A stretch of DNA of 27,572 bases from positions 1 to 27,572 of the forward strand of contig JAWALG010000011.1 in NCBI GenBank assembly GCA_038886995.1, in the 5' to 3' direction. This DNA is from Candidatus Iainarchaeum sp. Its GTDB lineage: Archaea > Iainarchaeota > Iainarchaeia > Iainarchaeales > DTGL01. Of this stretch, positions 24,966 to 27,572 are shown piece by piece. Both the position numbers and the translations under genes were made by a program. Each line of letters opens with the position of its first letter. The first letter of the stretch is position 1. The notes under the pieces are model-generated. The model saw only the letters and a list, made by a program, of their open reading frames with translations, made no database searches and had not been told where the DNA came from.

Positions 24966-27473
24966 GTGAAAAACATGATGGGGCAAAGTAAGAGATTTGG
25001 TTTTAACTTTAAAAATACTCATAAAACTCAAATATTTTTCCTAATTTTGCTATTTTATGTCTTCGCGCTGCTAAGTTTTACTGGCCTTTCCTTTGGGCGA
25101 GTTATTGCTAATGGTAATGGCGGCGGTGGCGGTGGAGGCCAAGAACCACCCTCCGATTCACCCGTGCAGCCCCCCGATTCGCAAGAGCCGCCTGATAATT
25201 GCGAATGTCTTGATCATAGTGACTGTGGTGATTGGTGCTGCTTTGCTTGCGTTTGTGATCCCTGTGCTCCAACTTCATGCACTTCTAATTCGCAATGTGG
25301 TGGTGGCCTTTGCTGTATAAATGGTCATTGCCAGACATGCCCATCTGCTGGTTGTGATAGTGATGCTGACTGCCCCACAGGCCAATGTTGCCAAGGGGGC
25401 AGTTGCACTGCTTGCCCACCTTTAGGTTGCACTACTGATACTGAATGTTCCCCGAATTGCTGCATTAACAACACTTGTCAGCCGTGTCAGCAGCCACCCC
25501 AATGTACATCCGATGCTGACTGCCCCACAGGCCAATGTTGCCAAGGAGGCAGCTGTGTGTCTTGTCAACCACCCCAGTCATGTAGTGATCATGGTTATTA
25601 TTCTACTAATATTGAGTGCGTAAATGACAACAGAACCAGATGTAATTGCTTTGATGCCGTTAGGTGCAGGTCTGTTAATGTTTCCGGCTTAACATGTTTT
25701 AAATTTGATGGTTGCAACAACTCTGCTTGTGCTCCAGGCCAAGACAAATGCAAAGAATATGACTATTACAAAAGTGAGATTGAATGCATTATTGATAACC
25801 AATCTAACTGTCAGTGCTCAGATGCTGTAGATTGCCGTGTAGAATATGTTTGCACTAGAGTGATAAGGGATCCCGAAAGCGGCCCTGAGTGTGCTGCAGA
25901 GATTCAGTGTTATTCATATTCAGGATGCGCAAATTCAAGATGCTGCAAAGAAGAAAAAAAATGCAGGGAAAATTTTGTCTGGCTTTATGATAGCTGTAAC
26001 GGCCCACTTTACGAGGTAGACGATTGTTCAAGATATTCAAGCGCAGGCGATTGTAATATCCAAAGATGTCTTCAAATAACAACCAGCCCTACTTACAAGA
26101 AGACCTATAAAAGTGTAAGAAATGGTGTGTGCGTAGATTCTACTGTTAGCGGGGCTTATTGTACAACTAAAAGCTCAGAAGAGGATTGTGGCATCTCAAC
26201 ATACTGTAGCTTTGGCTGCTCTGAGCAATCAGGCCTTCCAAATTGCCTCCCAAAAGCAATAATAACATCAAGGCCTTCTTTGGAAGAATCTACCAGGACG
26301 ATAAATGTTTTTGAAAATAACAGAGTGGAGCTTTCTTGTTTGGATAGCATAGACCCCGATGGCAATATTTCAAAGTGTGAGTGGGAGATTGGCTCTGATT
26401 ACTATGACTGGATGAGAATAACAGTTAACGCCACTCTTGGTAGTACTAGCGTGAAGCTTAAAGCTTGCGATACTAGTGGCTCATGCGATTACGATTATGC
26501 GATAATAAATGCTGTGAAAAGAAGTGCAACTGACCCACAACAAGATCCAACATCAGAAAATATGCCGCCTTTGGCTTGTTTCGAGGTTTCACCTTCAAAA
26601 GGCCTTCCAGGCATAACTGAATTCACATTTGATGCCTCCTGCTCATCAGACCCTGATGCTGGTGATTTCATAACATCGTATGCATGGAACTTTGGCGATG
26701 GCTCCAAAGCATCAGGGAAAAAAGTAACCCATACATACTCGGATAATGGCTTACAATACACAGTTTACACTGTAACCTTGACTGTTTCAGATAATGGTAA
26801 GGACGGTACAAAACAAAAAATGTCAGGTCTTGCTATGAAAAAGGTTCTGGTTGGCAAAGAGGTTGAAACATTGCGATTAACTGCAAACCCAAACAATGGC
26901 TTTGCACCTTTGGTTGTTTTGTTTGTCGCATCCACCACTGATGGCAAAAATATTTTTACAAGCTATGATTGGGATTTTGATGACGGAATTACTAGAAGCA
27001 ATGGCTATGAGCTGTTCCACGCTTATCGAAGAAAAGGCACGTATTTGGCAAGGGTAATTGCCTCAAGCCCTTTGGGCTATTTTGCAGTGGGCTCTGCAGT
27101 GGTCAACGTTAGCGAAGCAAAAGGAATCACCAATTTGACTGTTAAGGACACCCATCTTTATGGTGTGGCAAGCATTTCAATAAAATGCACATCCTCCGAA
27201 ACTGTTTCGATTGAATTTGGCACAGAGAAAAACAAAATACGCCTCTCGGGCTTTCCATGTAATACAACATCCAATATAGGGCCTCTTGTTGAACCCGGCC
27301 AGTATACTATCAATGCGGAAATTGATGGCTGTGATGCCCTTGAATGCAGACGCTCTGCATCATTTTATGTTTCGCCTGAACTGCCCGAGGTAAAAACAGA
27401 TGAGATTAACACTGCGGCAGTTTTGATAGCACTGCTAATGGTCTTTTTTATTGCTAAGAGATCCGAGCACTAG
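24966..27473 (+). CDS. Secreted/surface protein: Gly/Pro linker, Cys-rich repeats, three PKD-like domains, C-terminal membrane anchor
   Basis: Signal-like hydrophobic N-terminus; C-x5-C-x3/4-CC-x3/4-C-x2-C repeats; SIDPDG..W, FDAS.SSDPD..YAWNFGDG, YDWDFDDG; tail AAVLIALLMVFFIAKR. Exact start uncertain (24966, 24975 or 24978). Confidence 0.85.
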   Translation: MKNMMGQSKRFGFNFKNTHKTQIFFLILLFYVFALLSFTGLSFGRVIANGNGGGGGGGQEPPSDSPVQPPDSQEPPDNCECLDHSDCGDWCCFACVCDPCAPTSCTSNSQCGGGLCCINGHCQTCPSAGCDSDADCPTGQCCQGGSCTACPPLGCTTDTECSPNCCINNTCQPCQQPPQCTSDADCPTGQCCQGGSCVSCQPPQSCSDHGYYSTNIECVNDNRTRCNCFDAVRCRSVNVSGLTCFKFDGCNNSACAPGQDKCKEYDYYKSEIECIIDNQSNCQCSDAVDCRVEYVCTRVIRDPESGPECAAEIQCYSYSGCANSRCCKEEKKCRENFVWLYDSCNGPLYEVDDCSRYSSAGDCNIQRCLQITTSPTYKKTYKSVRNGVCVDSTVSGAYCTTKSSEEDCGISTYCSFGCSEQSGLPNCLPKAIITSRPSLEESTRTINVFENNRVELSCLDSIDPDGNISKCEWEIGSDYYDWMRITVNATLGSTSVKLKACDTSGSCDYDYAIINAVKRSATDPQQDPTSENMPPLACFEVSPSKGLPGITEFTFDASCSSDPDAGDFITSYAWNFGDGSKASGKKVTHTYSDNGLQYTVYTVTLTVSDNGKDGTKQKMSGLAMKKVLVGKEVETLRLTANPNNGFAPLVVLFVASTTDGKNIFTSYDWDFDDGITRSNGYELFHAYRRKGTYLARVIASSPLGYFAVGSAVVNVSEAKGITNLTVKDTHLYGVASISIKCTSSETVSIEFGTEKNKIRLSGFPCNTTSNIGPLVEPGQYTINAEIDGCDALECRRSASFYVSPELPEVKTDEINTAAVLIALLMVFFIAKRSEH
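25362..25546 (+). repeat. Intragenic direct repeat, 35 bp exact, 150-bp period
   Basis: GATGCTGACTGCCCCACAGGCCAATGTTGCCAAGG at 25362-25396 and 25512-25546, within two copies of DADCPTGQCCQGGSC. Confidence 0.9.
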
Positions 27474-27490
27474 ATGCATCGGCCAAAAAA

Positions 27491-27571
27491 CTAAAATTTT
27501 AGCTCTTTCTTGAACTTCTCTTTTTTTCTCCTCAAAGCATGCAGAGTGCCGCTTGCCGAAAGTGTTTTTAT
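27491..27571 (-). CDS. pop5: Probable 3' end of RNase P protein Pop5 (Rnp2), truncated by the window edge
   Basis: Manual translation ...IKTLSASGTLHALRRKKEKFKKELKF*. The TL..SGT(L/I)..L motif is typical of Pop5 C-termini, and Pop5 normally lies upstream of psmA on the same strand. Confidence 0.6.
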   Translation of the reverse strand: MKTLSASGTLHALRRKKEKFKKELKF

Positions 27572-27572
27572 A

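Noticed and set aside
1521-26947. Numerous 60-145 aa antisense or overlapping ORFs in the track, and possible stop-codon recoding
   Set aside because: They lie within well-supported genes and lack motifs. Recognised genes end at the expected positions with TAA, TAG or TGA, so there is no sign of an alternative code or selenocysteine.

Overview
Archaeal chromosomal segment, shown by the exosome/proteasome superoperon, Rpo12, eL43, NMD3, prefoldin beta, GGTGA/GGTGG Shine-Dalgarno sites and TATA-type promoters. The compact, Lys-rich genes look DPANN-like (possibly Iainarchaeota/Diapherotrites); this taxonomy is inference only. From left to right: the 3' end of a Ser/Thr/Tyr low-complexity gene (frame missed by the ORF track), a Bacteroidota-like glutamine synthetase, MgtE, Adk, a hydC-hydB-hydA [FeFe]-hydrogenase operon with a divergent ECF S-component-like membrane gene, endonuclease IV, ScpA, a Ca/Na antiporter, a PD-(D/E)xK-like ORF, cytidine deaminase, tRNA-Arg(TCT), an HTH regulator, a beta-CASP/membrane protein/NMD3 unit, a secreted gluzincin, small DUF1699-like and Zn-finger ORFs, HAD and DHH hydrolases, and the psmA-sdo1-rrp4-rrp41-rrp42-rpl37ae-rpo12-pcc1-pfdB operon. 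That operon is separated from a probable pop5 at the window edge by two divergent cell-surface genes. The most notable system is the trimeric [FeFe]-hydrogenase. It has lost or altered every Fe-S cluster off the direct NADH-to-H-cluster wire, carries non-bifurcating signature residues, has no maturases in the window, and shares a 61-bp divergent promoter region with a solitary S-component-like transporter.
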